From: Catajapyx aquilonaris
Lineage: Eukaryota
NCBI GenBank assembly: GCA_000934665.2
Contig: KZ538557.1
Coordinates: 1 to 62,267 of the forward strand
Direction of reading: 5' to 3'
DNA length: 62,267 nt
The position numbers were made by a program, and so were the translations under genes. Numbering within the stretch: position 1 is the first letter of the stretch; each line of letters opens with the position of its first letter. Shown here piece after piece: positions 12,491-25,400 of this stretch. The notes under the pieces were generated by a model. That model was not told where the DNA came from and made no database searches. It saw only the letters and a program-made list of their open reading frames with translations.

Positions 12491-13693
12491 GTAACTTTAC
12501 ACTTTGAAAGAATATATTTGGAAAGAGATGGGTCGAGAAGTAGATAACTCAGGGGCCCCACTGGTTAAGTGGTCAGGGGTGGTATAATCCCTCATTTTGA
12601 CGAAGGAAAGAAAACGCTTCTATTTAGTTTCCGAGGAACGAAAGTGACACTTTTTTTATTCCTTATTCTACGATAAAAAATAGATCATTCAAGTGACGGT
12701 TGCTATTCTTACATGATGCCGCACATATTTAAACAAGCTTATCAATAACGCTTCTCATTAATGGTTTGGACCATTCATTCATGAGAGGCGTGCTTCCAAA
12801 CAGAACAGGAACTCTTTACATGCTATAGGACAGAACGGGTGGGGTTGGACCTGACCTGACCTGGGTCGCCAACTATTTCTTGAACCCTCGTGGAATTTGC
12901 ACAGCCTCTCCGCAGGGGCCAGAAGGTCACGTCTGGCCATTTTAGAGAAAATCTGTCGTGGGCGGGCTGAGAGGTCAGCGGATCAATTCAAGCAAGGAAC
13001 TCTGTGTCTGCAGGTTAAAGGTCAAACAATGGGAGGTCAATGATGCAGAATAATATGTCAACCTACTAATGGAAGGGAATTTCGATATCATGGCCTTGAC
13101 ATGTCAAGTCAATCAGTGTCAAAATTGGGTGCAACCTTTCAGTTGGTAGACTACCCCTGCAGGAATTGACAAACTGGTGGAACAACGCGGTGCTAGCATC
13201 CCTCGGGTCCCCATTTGTTATTTGTTAAATGCAAGCTGTACCACCACCCTTGGATGAGTTAGCCACAATCATGCTCTGCAGAGCATATGTCATCAGTTCT
13301 TTTTTTTTCTTTAGTGAGTGCATACCAACAAGAGCATTTGCTTTGTTCCGTCTTGCATTTGCCATCCAGGATACATCAGAGTTGCATTCAGGCAATTTCA
13401 TTCAGTTTAATACCAACCCTCTCACCTCAAAAATGCCTGACAAGGTCAGAAATTTCGGCGGTATAAGTCTCAACACCATAGAATCAGCGTCGTAGCATCG
13501 AGAAGTAGCTATCATGATTCCATATCTGACACTTCAGTGCCCTCGGAAAGCACGGTCACTGGGCATACTCCACTACAAGACGCGTTTCTCTGTAACGTCA
13601 ATCAGGCCGCTAATCACCATTGCGAGGTTTGTGACCGAATGATGTACAAAAGGGTCACAGGAGAATTGCTGTTAATAACGATAAAAAGAAGTA

Positions 13694-13908
13694 AGGTGAA
13701 GTGGGGGAAGTGCATACACGGGGTAAGTGCATATATTGTGCCGCCATATTGGAATGAAAATGGATGACGACACCAAAACGCGGGGGATGTTATGTGCAGC
13801 TACACAAAAGAGTGCCTGACGCGTTTTGGTGTCGTCAGCCATTTTCATTCCAATATGGCGGCACAATATATGCACTTACCCCGTGTATGCACTTCCCCCA
13901 CTTCACCT
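13694..13908. mobile_element. Palindromic pogo-type MITE
   Basis: ~95-bp inverted arms starting AGGTGAAGTGGGGGAAG; TA TSD. Confidence 0.75.
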
Positions 13909-14978
13909 TAAATAAAACAGGCAGGTAAAACTGCCGAAAACTATTCTTCCTCTGGGTGAGATCAAAAGTAAAAAACAAGTCAATTGGTTGGGGTTGGTCT
14001 GTCTCATGGGGATGAATGAAATTCAATTGTAATTTAAAATATTCGAGCCTTGGGGTCAGGAAGAATTAGGCAGAGTACGAGAGTTGAAGGAGTATAAAAT
14101 ATAGCTTAATCTGCCTAATTCTTCCCGACCCCAAGGCTAGAAAAATTTTCATTTTTAGGGTGATAGCCCTTAAGTAAGACCGTAGCATAGATTTCAACAA
14201 TGTTTCAACAATGAATTTTTCCTACTTCTTCTTCTTCTTCTTCTTCTTGTTTTTCTTCTTGTTACGTTTTTTTTATTCGCCCTAACTCAAGTTCTGCTGT
14301 AGGTAGAGCTTCCAAATTTGAACACAGATCCCCACCGTCGTGACTTGATTTCCTACCATTTACACTTTTACTTAATTCCTCTTCAAAACGCCGCAAAAAA
14401 TTTAAAACCACCAAAAAATACGTTTTCATTTTTTTGCTCAATAACTATTCGGAATTCGGTTCCTTCTTCAACGGGCCGAAGGTGCAGTGGGATGGTGCGG
14501 ATCTATGCTCAAAATATCACAGTTCCACCTGGTGCAGGATTGGAGCTGTGATTTTTTTACCTCGTATTTTTTCTGTCATTACTTCATTTGTTCATGACGC
14601 CATCACCTAGAAACGTCAGTTGTTGTTTACCACCTCATATATTGTTGTGGGTCAAAGGAGGACAAGATGAGCGACGCCGAGTCGTACTGTCGCCATTGGG
14701 TTTTCACCCAACTTTAATGTACCGTTGTGTTTTTTTGTATCGTCTGGTACAGTTCTCAATGTATATATTCCGTATATTTTAGCGTATAGGCATTTCATAA
14801 TAATTAAATCAGACTAACCGTTGGCTGGTAGCACTCCACTTGCGTTTTTTTACGACTGTCTCTGTGAAAATAATTTTAGGGACTTCTAAGCGACGAAAAT
14901 CGTCTCCATTGCATTCATAGTGCAGACTGTATAGTGTAGAGCATCAGTTATGTGTACTGTCAAAAAAGAACTGAAATT

Positions 14979-15899
14979 AGATCAAAAACTTTCCCTTCAG
15001 TAAAAAAAAGAGAAGTAAGACCTCCGCGGCGGAATGAAAGTACTGAAACAAGGCAGGCGCACGTAAGACCTTCACCAATTGATTTAAGCTGTACCATAGG
15101 TCTTACTCAAGCAATTCTCAAGTACGGTACGGAACGGCTCGTAAAATGACTGCTGCAAACTACTCAGAGCAGTATAGGTAGGATTTTATTATGAAAAGAA
15201 AAAAATGGGGGAAAAACTAAACCCATCCTAACAGACTTGGTCCAATCGAAAAAGACCCTCTAAAATTCCCCAATTAACCTTTATATGTGAAAAATTAAAC
15301 GTTAGAGTTAAAATCAGCATCTAAAAGGGGTGTGCCGATTCTGCATGAATGTTTCATGGCAATAATTCGCACTAATCGCATAGAAATTAAATGTGCTTAA
15401 TATTGAAGTTCCTAATTTCATAAAACACTAATATGGAGTGGCTCACGGAAAACTAATACTGCCAATAAGAGCTAAGATACTGCTAACTTAGCAGTACCAT
15501 TGCACTACACTGGTACTGCTAAGTTAGAAGTAACTAGTAGTACGACAGCAATTCCAAAGATTTGTTTCAGAAAGGAGACTTCATGAGCAGTGAATTGGAA
15601 ATTGCTTGAGTAAGACCTATGGTACAGCTTAACCCTGTAATGCCACTAATCTAAGTAATGCCCACTGGGTCATATCTGGCACACCATTTAGTGCAATTTT
15701 TGCAACTTTTGCAATTTTTATATTTTCTGTAAGTGTGTCAAATTGCACTTAATGGTGTGCCAGATATGACCCAAGGGGCATTACAGGGTTAAATCAATTG
15801 GTGAAGGTCTTACGTGCGCCTGCCTTGTTTCAGTACTTTCATTCCGCCGCGGAGGTCTTACTTCTCTTTTTTTTTTACTGAAGGGAAAGTTTTTGATCT
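14979..15899. mobile_element. MITE with ~135-bp TIRs (AATT TSD, Sola-like)
   Basis: AATT|AGATCAAAAACTTTCCCTTCAG...CTGAAGGGAAAGTTTTTGATCT|AATT; the right arm is interrupted at its TTAA. Confidence 0.7.
15633..15788. mobile_element. piggyBac MITE
   Basis: TTAA|CCCTGTAATGCC...GGCATTACAGGG|TTAA. The empty TTAA site is visible in the opposite TIR arm near 15084. Confidence 0.85.
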
Positions 15900-16096
15900 A
15901 ATTACCAGTACAATTGAATTTCACCCATCCCCATGAGACGGCCAACGCCAACCAATTGACTTGTTTCATACTTTTGATCTCACCTAGAGGAAGAATAGTT
16001 TTCGGCAGTTTTACCTGCCTGTTTTATTGAACATTTCCAATATTTTAATTTTTTATTTCAATGATTCATGTCCTATACCTGCACTTACCTTGCAGT

Positions 16097-16380
16097 AGCC
16101 GGCCTTGGTGGACTAGTGGTTAGCGCGCTCGCCTCTGGTCCCAAGGTTGTGGGTTCGAACCCAGCCGAGGTTGGTGACTTGTCTCCGGGTGGTAGAAAAG
16201 TGAGAGTGTGCCTTCCTTCGGAGGGGAAGTAAAGCCGGCGGTCCCGTGTGCTTGTGACATTGTGCGAGTGCACGTTAAAGATCCCTAGAGTGGCCAAATT
16301 TCCAGGAGGAGGACCACCCCCTGGTGTCGGTGTTGAGCCTTAGAGGCAGAAATAGGCCGACGTTAAGCCCCACTGAACCA
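16097..16380 (+). mobile_element. tRNA-derived SINE with a Deu/Nin-like central domain
   Basis: A/B boxes (GGTGGACTAGTGG, GGTTCGAACCC); CCTTCGGAGGGGAAGTAAAGCC...GCACGTTAAAGATCCC; 14-bp TSD ACTTACCTTGCAGT at 16083 and 16381. Confidence 0.8.
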
Positions 16381-16623
16381 ACTTACCTTGCAGTGAAACA
16401 ACTACTTTCCTCCTGCAAGTCATGTACGCTCGTACAATCTTGTGCAGTACATGACCGGCTGGCAGGAACAAAAGGGTATTTTCACTGCAGGGTAATATCT
16501 TGGTAGAGTGGAAGTAAAGTTTTATTACAGGGTGTCATAAAGACAACAGGTGACTACAATTTCACACTGAAATTAATGTGTGAATATTTAAAATTTTATT
16601 CAGTGAGTCAGTGGATTGACCAC

Positions 16624-16637
16624 TATTATTATTATTG

Positions 16638-16711
<74 letters not shown>

Positions 16712-16712
16712 T
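16624..16712. repeat. (ATT)n microsatellite
   Basis: Direct reading. Confidence 0.95.
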
Positions 16713-16935
16713 ACGGAGTAGTGGCTGGTGGCAAGGGGGCTTGATTTGGTGAAGTACCGTATTGTATAGTGTAATATTTAAATTTAATATTCAGTGTCTG
16801 TCATCTGAGATGGGCGGGGGTGGGGGGTGGGACGGGTTGTTTATAGGTTTATTTTCACAAGTTTTCATTTAGTTCATATGTTCGGTTAGCTTGCGTCTCC
16901 CTTCATCGCTGACTACCCCTCATAGGGCAATGTCG

Positions 16936-16991
<56 letters not shown>

Positions 16992-17022
16992 ATGATTATG
17001 ATTATTATTATTATTATTATTA
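16936..17022. repeat. (GAT)n/(ATT)n compound microsatellite
   Basis: Direct reading. Confidence 0.95.
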
Positions 17023-19462
17023 CTAGGCTCAGCCTGGCGTTGCTTGGGTTATGAAATACTTTTCCATAGGAGTAACGCATTGATTTGGTAGTTACCTTTG
17101 CAATAATTAAGGCTATACAATGTTGGCATACCTGTAACATGGAGCATATTGCATATGCATGAAGTCCATCAAACAACACACTACGGATGTCAGATTGTAA
17201 TAAAATACACAATACACCTTAAAAATCCAGCAAAAGTATGTAATGAAAAATTGAAGATTGTGCAGTAAATGTAGAATAGCATTGAAAGACCAGCACCTCT
17301 CTTAGTTATTCTCCAACCCCAAAATGGCCAATCTAGCCTGGGTGACTCTGGCAGCAGGCAGCTATACAGTACATAGAGTAAATCGAACGTCACACAAATC
17401 GAAAAAGGAGAATATATTGCAACATGATGCCTGATCAACGTCAACAAAGAACAACAAATCTCATAATTGTACGGTGTGGCCGCTGCAAGCAATGTCATAA
17501 TTAGTGTTCCAGGCTTCCCTCTCCTTTCGCTTCGACTCTCCCGACCTTCACCGACCTGTGACCTTTCCCTGTCACCTTCCCGGGTCCAACAGGCCTACCT
17601 TTTGTTATAGACAACAATCCCACCTTTCACATTTTCATGGAGTAAACAATGACTGCTGCATTTCCATGGAGTAACAATAAAGGGTAGGCCTGCTTTTCTG
17701 CCTTTTCGCCTCCTGTGGTCAAGGACGACCTCGGAGGTCAAGTCCAATGTGCTAAAAATCACCCGGGGGCATACGTCAAGGCCTCCGTATTGATTTGCAT
17801 CGGGAACAACGGGACACACGTCTTGAGATAATGTATGTATAAGATTGTTGTTGTTGTTGTTGTTGTTGTTGTAGTGTCCTGCACTTTCCGATGCAAAGAG
17901 TAGCTACAGACTGACTATGTGTTTGGAAATAAATTGCTACTGTGTGCACTGTTTTTGACAGTGAGATCTATCATTATCTGACTGGCTTATTTTTGACAGG
18001 AGGGTTTTTGCTGTTCAATTGTAATTTTTATTTATTGCAATCCATGACAAGACCTGCAACACATACTATATCCCCCATAAAGATAGATGCCATTTTTGAA
18101 ATGCGCTCTTTCGGCGCTCTGTAAGTTTCTGGCGTAACTTGATGTCGCTCAGGAACATCTCAGGAAGCACGGGGAGCTCCTTCTCATAGGATGGTGACGC
18201 CATGGGATGGAGGGACTTTCGAGCCATACTTTGAACTGAAAAGCACATCATTCTCGAGAATATGAGGCCAATCCTAGAATCCTTCCCCTCATCATGACTG
18301 CGTGAACAAGATGATGCAGACCAATGCATGCAATAGGCTTCAAATTAATGTCGTGCGATATGTTAGGGTAGAAGCCAGTTTAACTCGATGGTTTCATCAT
18401 TGTTGAAGGCAGTAAGTTGCTGTGGCTAAGCTGGCGAGGACATGTTGTCAATTATCTGCTATACCAAGAGCTAGCTATACGGATAATGATGTTCATCCTT
18501 GATTTAATAGTGATCATGATCACCTACAACATGGCCTACAATTACCATCGATAAGAGCATCAGCAATACCAGAGAATACTCACAGCTGATCGACCTGAAC
18601 CTAACAGATTTTTAAAAGGCGCCCCAGACCTCTGAGAAAAGTTGCAAGTTTCACTGCTCCGCCACTCTCCTAGCAGTTAGCAGCAGGCTACAAGTTACCA
18701 TTTTACTTTGCGATTTTACCCGAAAGGCACAAAGAGTACGAAATTTGAACTGGGCGCCCGTTTTATTGGCCTGTGCTTTTAAATAACGTAGCGGTTATTT
18801 AAAGCGTTTTTATATTACGAGTAAATACGTGCATAGTTGATCAGGGTTACGAAACATACATATTGTGTGCCTCAATATGAGCGACGTGTATATATTCTGT
18901 GTATGACTCTAATCCCTTAATTTACTCAAGCTACATGCCCTATGTAAATGCAAACTGCCGATAATATAGCTATTAATAGCTAATATCATCAGTCATGGTA
19001 CCCCTGGAATTTGCTCGGGTAGTTGCTCCCCAGATGACTGCCTTCTATCCAAGCACTATAAAGCAATAAAAACGTGCCTGAAATTGCGTAAATATATATG
19101 GGTCATAACGGTGCATAAAAATGAGCAAAGGAATGATAGTATCGCAAGAGTTGGCATGCTGTTAGTTCGCGAACGATGGCGGCTACAGAATGTCACACAT
19201 AGGTAGCGCCTGCTGGAGTTTGTTGACGGCTGGCTCAGCTCGAGAATGCGAGCCTCTCAAGGAATTCGGTGCGTGCCTGCCTGCTTACGGAGACAATGCG
19301 CTGGGCAACGTGTAAATAAGATGCCTTTGAGGCCGGTTGATTCGTCACGCCCGTATCCTTCGTGAGGCGCTGGCATGAAGCAGATTGACTAGAGGAGGCG
19401 CGGTGATTAGTTACGGCTCCCACGACACACAAAAAAAGAAGCCTTGTAGAGCAGCAGGAAGG

Positions 19463-22400
19463 ATGAGACGGATTAAGAGCGAGATGGTTGGCCCCGAATC
19501 GCTACATTGGGTCGAGAGATTGGCCTACTGGATGCTGTGGATCGCAGGGGTGGCTTATGCCATCTACAGGGTGTATTTGGCTGGATTAAGTGAGTGGGCT
19601 ACACAATTGCTTTGGGGAGTACCGTAGAATGGAGCGACTTTGGACGCATTTTGGCAGTTTCTTATCTGTCTCATGCAGACTTATTGATGGAGAATTCTGA
19701 ATAAATTAACTTAGACAGTAGGAAATGGCCTTTATTGATGACCATAACAGTCATTCACATAAAAGTTGTTCTTTGATGCAAACATAAATCATCTGTGCTC
19801 TCCGGAGTCACCTCATTAGGTGGGGTGTCTTTGGACGCCCCTTGATTTCACGCTGTAGGGCAAGTTCACACATTAATATTGCAGCCTCGGACATGTATTA
19901 CAGTTTTTAAAAACTTACGAAAGTCACCTCCAAACAAATGGTGTTGGCACGGTACCAGTACCTGCTATTCGCAAGCGCAGCAAAGTGGCTGACATCTAGC
20001 GGACAAAATCTGAGTTCAAAAAATGGCGGCCACAAGGGGTCCAGAGCAGGCGGGAAAGGTGGGGATGAGTGGGAAAGGGGCACCAAATAAGAAATATTGC
20101 TGTGTGTGGCAGTGTAACTCACGGCTAAATGCGCGTGATGGAATATGGATCCACAGATTTCCAAAAGACCAGGCCTTGAAACGGGAATGGGAGGTCAGGC
20201 TGAAATTAGGAAAAAAAGCCACGCAGCGGCTAAGTCCATTTTTGGGGCGTGTAACACAAATATGTCCAGCAATAATGCATTTTATTCATTCATTACACTC
20301 ACGGCATATTCCCAAGATGAGGTTACCAGCCATGACCAGGTACAATCCACCTGACCATCTCAAACGACCAGTTTAATGAATCCTTTGGTGACTGGTCAGG
20401 CCACGCAAAGGATATAATGAAAAGGATGATGATGAAAATGATGATATGAATATACATACATACACATAAACACTCGCACAATGTACACATGTAAACATGC
20501 AAAAAATCACATTACAACTGTGCGAAAACAATGTAAACTGTCCAGCACGAAGTTGTGTGTTCGATCTTCGATGGGCGATGTAAACAGCTGTCACCATGGA
20601 AGACGACATCTCACCTAAAGGTGCTAGTTGACGATCGTCTCCAGTCGATGGTGTTGATCCCAGGTTGTAAATAGTCAGGAGCCACCAGACCTGTGTCCAC
20701 CCTCAAGGACAGCTAGCCTCAGAGATGGTCAGGTGGATTGTTCCTGGTCATCGCTCGTAACCCCATCTTGGGAATATGCTGTGAGGGTAATGAGTGAATG
20801 AATGAATAATGCATTTTAATGTCATTGGGTATTAATTGCACAATTGCGTATGTAGCTGAGCCGTGGTATGGATGCAAAAACTGTCAAGATTGTACCAGTG
20901 AAAGTTAAGTAATCAGCAGTTTTTGCTCATTTTATGACCCGTTTTTTTGGAACTTACTTAGCCGCCTTTGATCTGAGACCCCTCATTAGAGCTTAGAGGG
21001 TGATCAAATCAAATGTGACAACTTTCAATATGCTCTAACGTCCCAGCGGAAATGAGCATACTCTCAAAAGTGGACTCAAAATTCAAGGTGAACTTTGTAA
21101 AAATGTGGTTGGTGGTTCTGAAGTCATCCAAGCTAGTAGCACACATATTGGATTTTTTTTATTATCCCGGAGTGCTAACACCTGCATTGATATCCCAATG
21201 TTGAATTTTCCTGTGCCCAATGCCATTAAATGTGACAGTAAACCACTATGTACCAAATGGTGAAAAGTAACAATTAATCAGTTGAATTTACAATACTGTA
21301 TGTAATACAACACGTCCATGTAATGCACATCCACGAATGCACAGTAGATTACTGGTAATAGCACAAGCTCCGTATACATGGCAATTTTATGCAATTGTCC
21401 GGAGTAGTCTATTAAGAAGATATATTCTCACCTACTCACCTGGATCGAGGTTGCAATGGCATGCTTGCACTTCCCCGACTGTCCTGCCTTGCACGTGCAT
21501 ACCAACGATGCAATCGGTCCCATGGAGTGGTCATCTTTGTGGAGCTCCAATCTAACTTCATGTGGCTTGCCAGTAGCACGTCCGTGCCAGAGTAGTGGGG
21601 TTGCTGCTTTGAAGGCAGACAGCAACGACGATCTTGCAGGTTTCTGCATCTCTTCCAGTCACTCCGCAACATATCATATGCTTCTTGCCTCTTGATATCC
21701 TCTATTGCCTCCCCCCCTCTATCAGGCAGCGCTGTGCATCGCCGACATAATGAAAAATGTCGGACAATCTCATGTGTAAATCGTCCGCGACAGCCCAAAG
21801 AGCGTGCGACAGCCATTGCTAACTCGACGGCAGCGGAATCTGGACCCCTTGTGGCGGCCATCTTGGAATTAGCATCAGCGCCTCTATAGGCCGCTGCGCT
21901 TGCGCTTGCACGAGGGTCCTCTTGAGTTTGTAGAATATGTACTTTTTTTTAGAGGTACGATTGTTATGAAATAAATGTGTATTTTCGACGTCAATTAACA
22001 AGAACCGTAAAAATAAATTTCGAGTTTCCAACTGCTAAAGTGATGCGGGGGCCCTACAAGTTCAGTCATCAGCAAATGACAGCATTTATTTTAAGTCGCG
22101 CAGGGGCTCCTGTGATAAAGGAATAATCTTCTGCATAGTATGAAATTGTCAGTGTGGTGCTATGTGCAAAGGCTGGCCCTCAGAGTTAAAGACTCAGCCA
22201 CTCCGCCCTGAAATTTGTAGGGGCCCCGCAGAGGCTGTTTGTATAGCTGATTTCCGATAACACAACCGCCAAATTGCCTCCCATACTATTAATTTCAAAA
22301 AACATTGCATCCTTCGTTTTACTGCAAATATTTCACGAATGAAAATTCCAAATTAATACTGACCTTGCCTGGGGCCCCTTAATTTGCTATATTTGAGGAG

Positions 22401-25400
22401 TTTGGTTTTTTGACTGCCCCAAGGTCAAAAACAAATCAGTCAAAATATGAATGTCCATTATGAGTTACTTGTGACCTAAGGAACACAAATATGACGATGA
22501 ATTTCCATGGACAAAAAAAAAGTCAAATTTTGTTGCACAGTGTAATTCATTTAATTCTATCTCATGCTGGGATGTACTATATCGCCCAAAAAGATAGAGA
22601 CGATTTTGCATTTGACTCAAGTGCAACTTGCACTTGAATCAAATGCCAATCGTCTCTATCTTTTTGAGCGATATAGTACATTATGCTCATAAATGGGAGA
22701 TGTGAGTGAAGGCTGTAGAGAGTCGTCTTCAAAACCGTATGTAGCTACACTGTACTCTGGATTATCCTGGCTAATGACTGCACGGTGTCGTCGGATAATC
22801 AGAAAACATGGATAAATCGTAATGGTCCTGAGCTATTCACATATTTTTTTTGTACTGCTGTACTACTGCTTGGATTAACTCATATTAACTCGTATTAACC
22901 GCAAAAGTAATGTCGCACTGTTATGTGATGGCGTCCGCGACTTGTTGTTTAGCATGGGTTGTGGATTCCGGAATATTGCCAAATTAAGGTAGTTCTTGCG
23001 CTTAGAAACGGGGGGAAGGGGGTGGGGTGTTGAGCCTATGTTTATACATGGGACGAGCTGGCCAATACCAACTTCTGCGATTGTAAGACATTTCTGCTAG
23101 TATTTCTCTGAAACAGAGTTTTGAGTACGTGTTTCGCGTCGGATACGTTACGTGAACATTTATTTGGGGGATAATAATTCCCTCGTGCACTTTTGTCCCG
23201 GAGAAGAGCATAAATATGGCTGTTCCAAATACAGGAAAAAGTGCGGGAAATCCGGCAACGTTGCATACGTTGGTACCCCTTATAAACAACGTATCGATGT
23301 TTCGATGTATCGATATTTCCCCCCAGCGATATATCGAGTTCTCGATAGTTATCCCAACTATCGATATATTATATCGATGTTTTAATAAAATTACAGTGAT
23401 TTGAGCTTATCAGACATCGATATTTTATAAGTAAACCATCGATACATCGATAGTCCCATCTCCCCCGCCCCATTCGAACGTGCCTCGTTTGCTGGTAACT
23501 TAGGTAACTGTCTAGTCGATCAATAACTTGAGACCAGAGACCAATCTCCGATACACAATCATACACAATCATACACAATCATACAGTACCGGACCGGCGC
23601 GGCGCGGCGTTTCATTCAGAAACTCCACGGACAACACTTGCACTTCCCTTGTCAGTTACATGCCATTCTGAAACCTAGAAGGCTCGGGATTTTCAAATCC
23701 CGAGCGAAGGCCGCCTTGCCTATTGTTGCTTACAGCGTTGCCACTTCGACGCCAACTGTAGAGTCGGCTCCTCACAAAATGACGATTTGCGGGGGAAGGA
23801 CCATGGTGACCCCTATGAAAATCGCCACTAAATTAATCTCCCGACTTTCCCCCACATGAATATGGTTTTTTGTTAACATCTCAATGTTTTTAATGGAGCT
23901 AGGGACACTTTTCTCGAGGCCCGCAGACCGGCTCCCATAAGGCTCCATGCATAAGGGGCCGCCAGAAGCCCAACTTTGAAAATTAATATCTCACACACGA
24001 GATAGACGAACCTCTTGAAACTTCACAGGAGTATGTGCGACATCCCCAGGAATGGATGGTGTGATTTTCACGAAATTGTCAATGAATGGACTTAGCGCAA
24101 GAACTACCTTAACATCCATAACTCAGCAACGCCCATGCTAAGCAACTGGTCACGGTTGCCATCACATAACAGTGCGACATTACTTTTGTGGTTAATAGTA
24201 CATGTAGCTGTTTTAACTCAGTTCTGTTCAAAATAATGAAATTTACCATAGATTTTTAGATTGGCCTCTAGAAAAAGTGTTATATTTCTTCGTTTGTGAG
24301 ACATATTGACATTTTTTGGACTTTTATTTCTAACTATTTTTTTGTGATGCACGGATAATCCGCACCTGGATAATCGGGAGTACAGTGTATTTACTTTTCT
24401 ACATCATCACCACCAACAGCAGTCCACTTGTGCCGATGATGTACTAATTCTTCCCCTCCTCACGGTTGTGGGATCAGCACCAAGCACGAACAGCAGCCTC
24501 AACTTCTGCATTGGAGCTGTAACCGATTGCTATTCAGGTGTGTCTCCATTTCTGGGAAACGAAAGAAGTCACAGGGAGGAAGATCTGGGCTGTATACGCC
24601 GGATGAGGAAGTGTGGGGAATTGAGTCTGTGCAGGGCATCCGCAGTGTGATTGCTTGTGTGTGGTCGAGGATTATTATGGTGAAGAATGACATCCTTTCC
24701 TGGGTGTGTCATGTTCACTCACTCTTACCCAAAACCTCCACAGAGTGTCCACATGCACCTCAGAATTCAGTTTTGGGACCGGCCAGGAACTCGACATGCA
24801 CGACACCTTCTCCAGACACTCAAATTCGCAGCACTTCCTCATCTGGCGTGTAGCCGAGATCTTGCGCCCTGTGACTTCTTTATTTTCCCAGAAATGGAGA
24901 CACACCTGAAGGGCAATTGGTTCAGCTCTAGTGAAGAAGTTGAGGCTGCTGTTCACCCTTGATGATCCACCAACAACCCTGAGTTCTACCCTGACGGGTG
25001 GGAAGGACTAGTACATTGTTGGTGCAAGTGTACTGCTGTTGGTGGTGATTATGTAGAAAAGTAAATATATGGTTTTGAAGAGGACATTCCAGGCTTTCAT
25101 TTGATGTTATCTGCATTGTCCTGCGACATGTATTACACATTCTATGTGCATGGAGGCAAAACTTATCAGCATGCTCTCTCGTAATTTATGGGAAATGTAT
25201 TAGTTGTCGCATAGCTTTTATAATTACAAACTTGATATCATTTTCAGGGCATGTCCATCAGTTGTCAACAACAGACTTTGGACCTGGCTGGTGGTGGGCT
25301 GGTGGAACTAAGGACACCTCTGACTATGAGTGGGATGTGTGGTCCCCCACCCTCCGCCAGCTCCTCCCATACCTTGCTTGTCATGTTATAGGCTCCCGAA

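Larger units (their letters stand above)
10217..13208. mobile_element. Mutator-like element with ~370-bp TIRs
   Basis: 10217-10583 is the near-perfect reverse complement of 12837-13208; 9-bp direct repeat CCCCATTTG at 10208-10216 and 13209-13217. Confidence 0.75.

Noticed and set aside
16097..16175. tRNA genes (also at 33007, 37043, 40905, 42080, 58979)
   Set aside because: The A/B boxes run into long bodies with tails and TSDs and occur in multiple copies, so they are SINE heads.
16913..17212. Poly-Ile ORF (and poly-Asn ORFs at 38344, 40838, 50817)
   Set aside because: Translations of (ATT)/(GAT) microsatellites.
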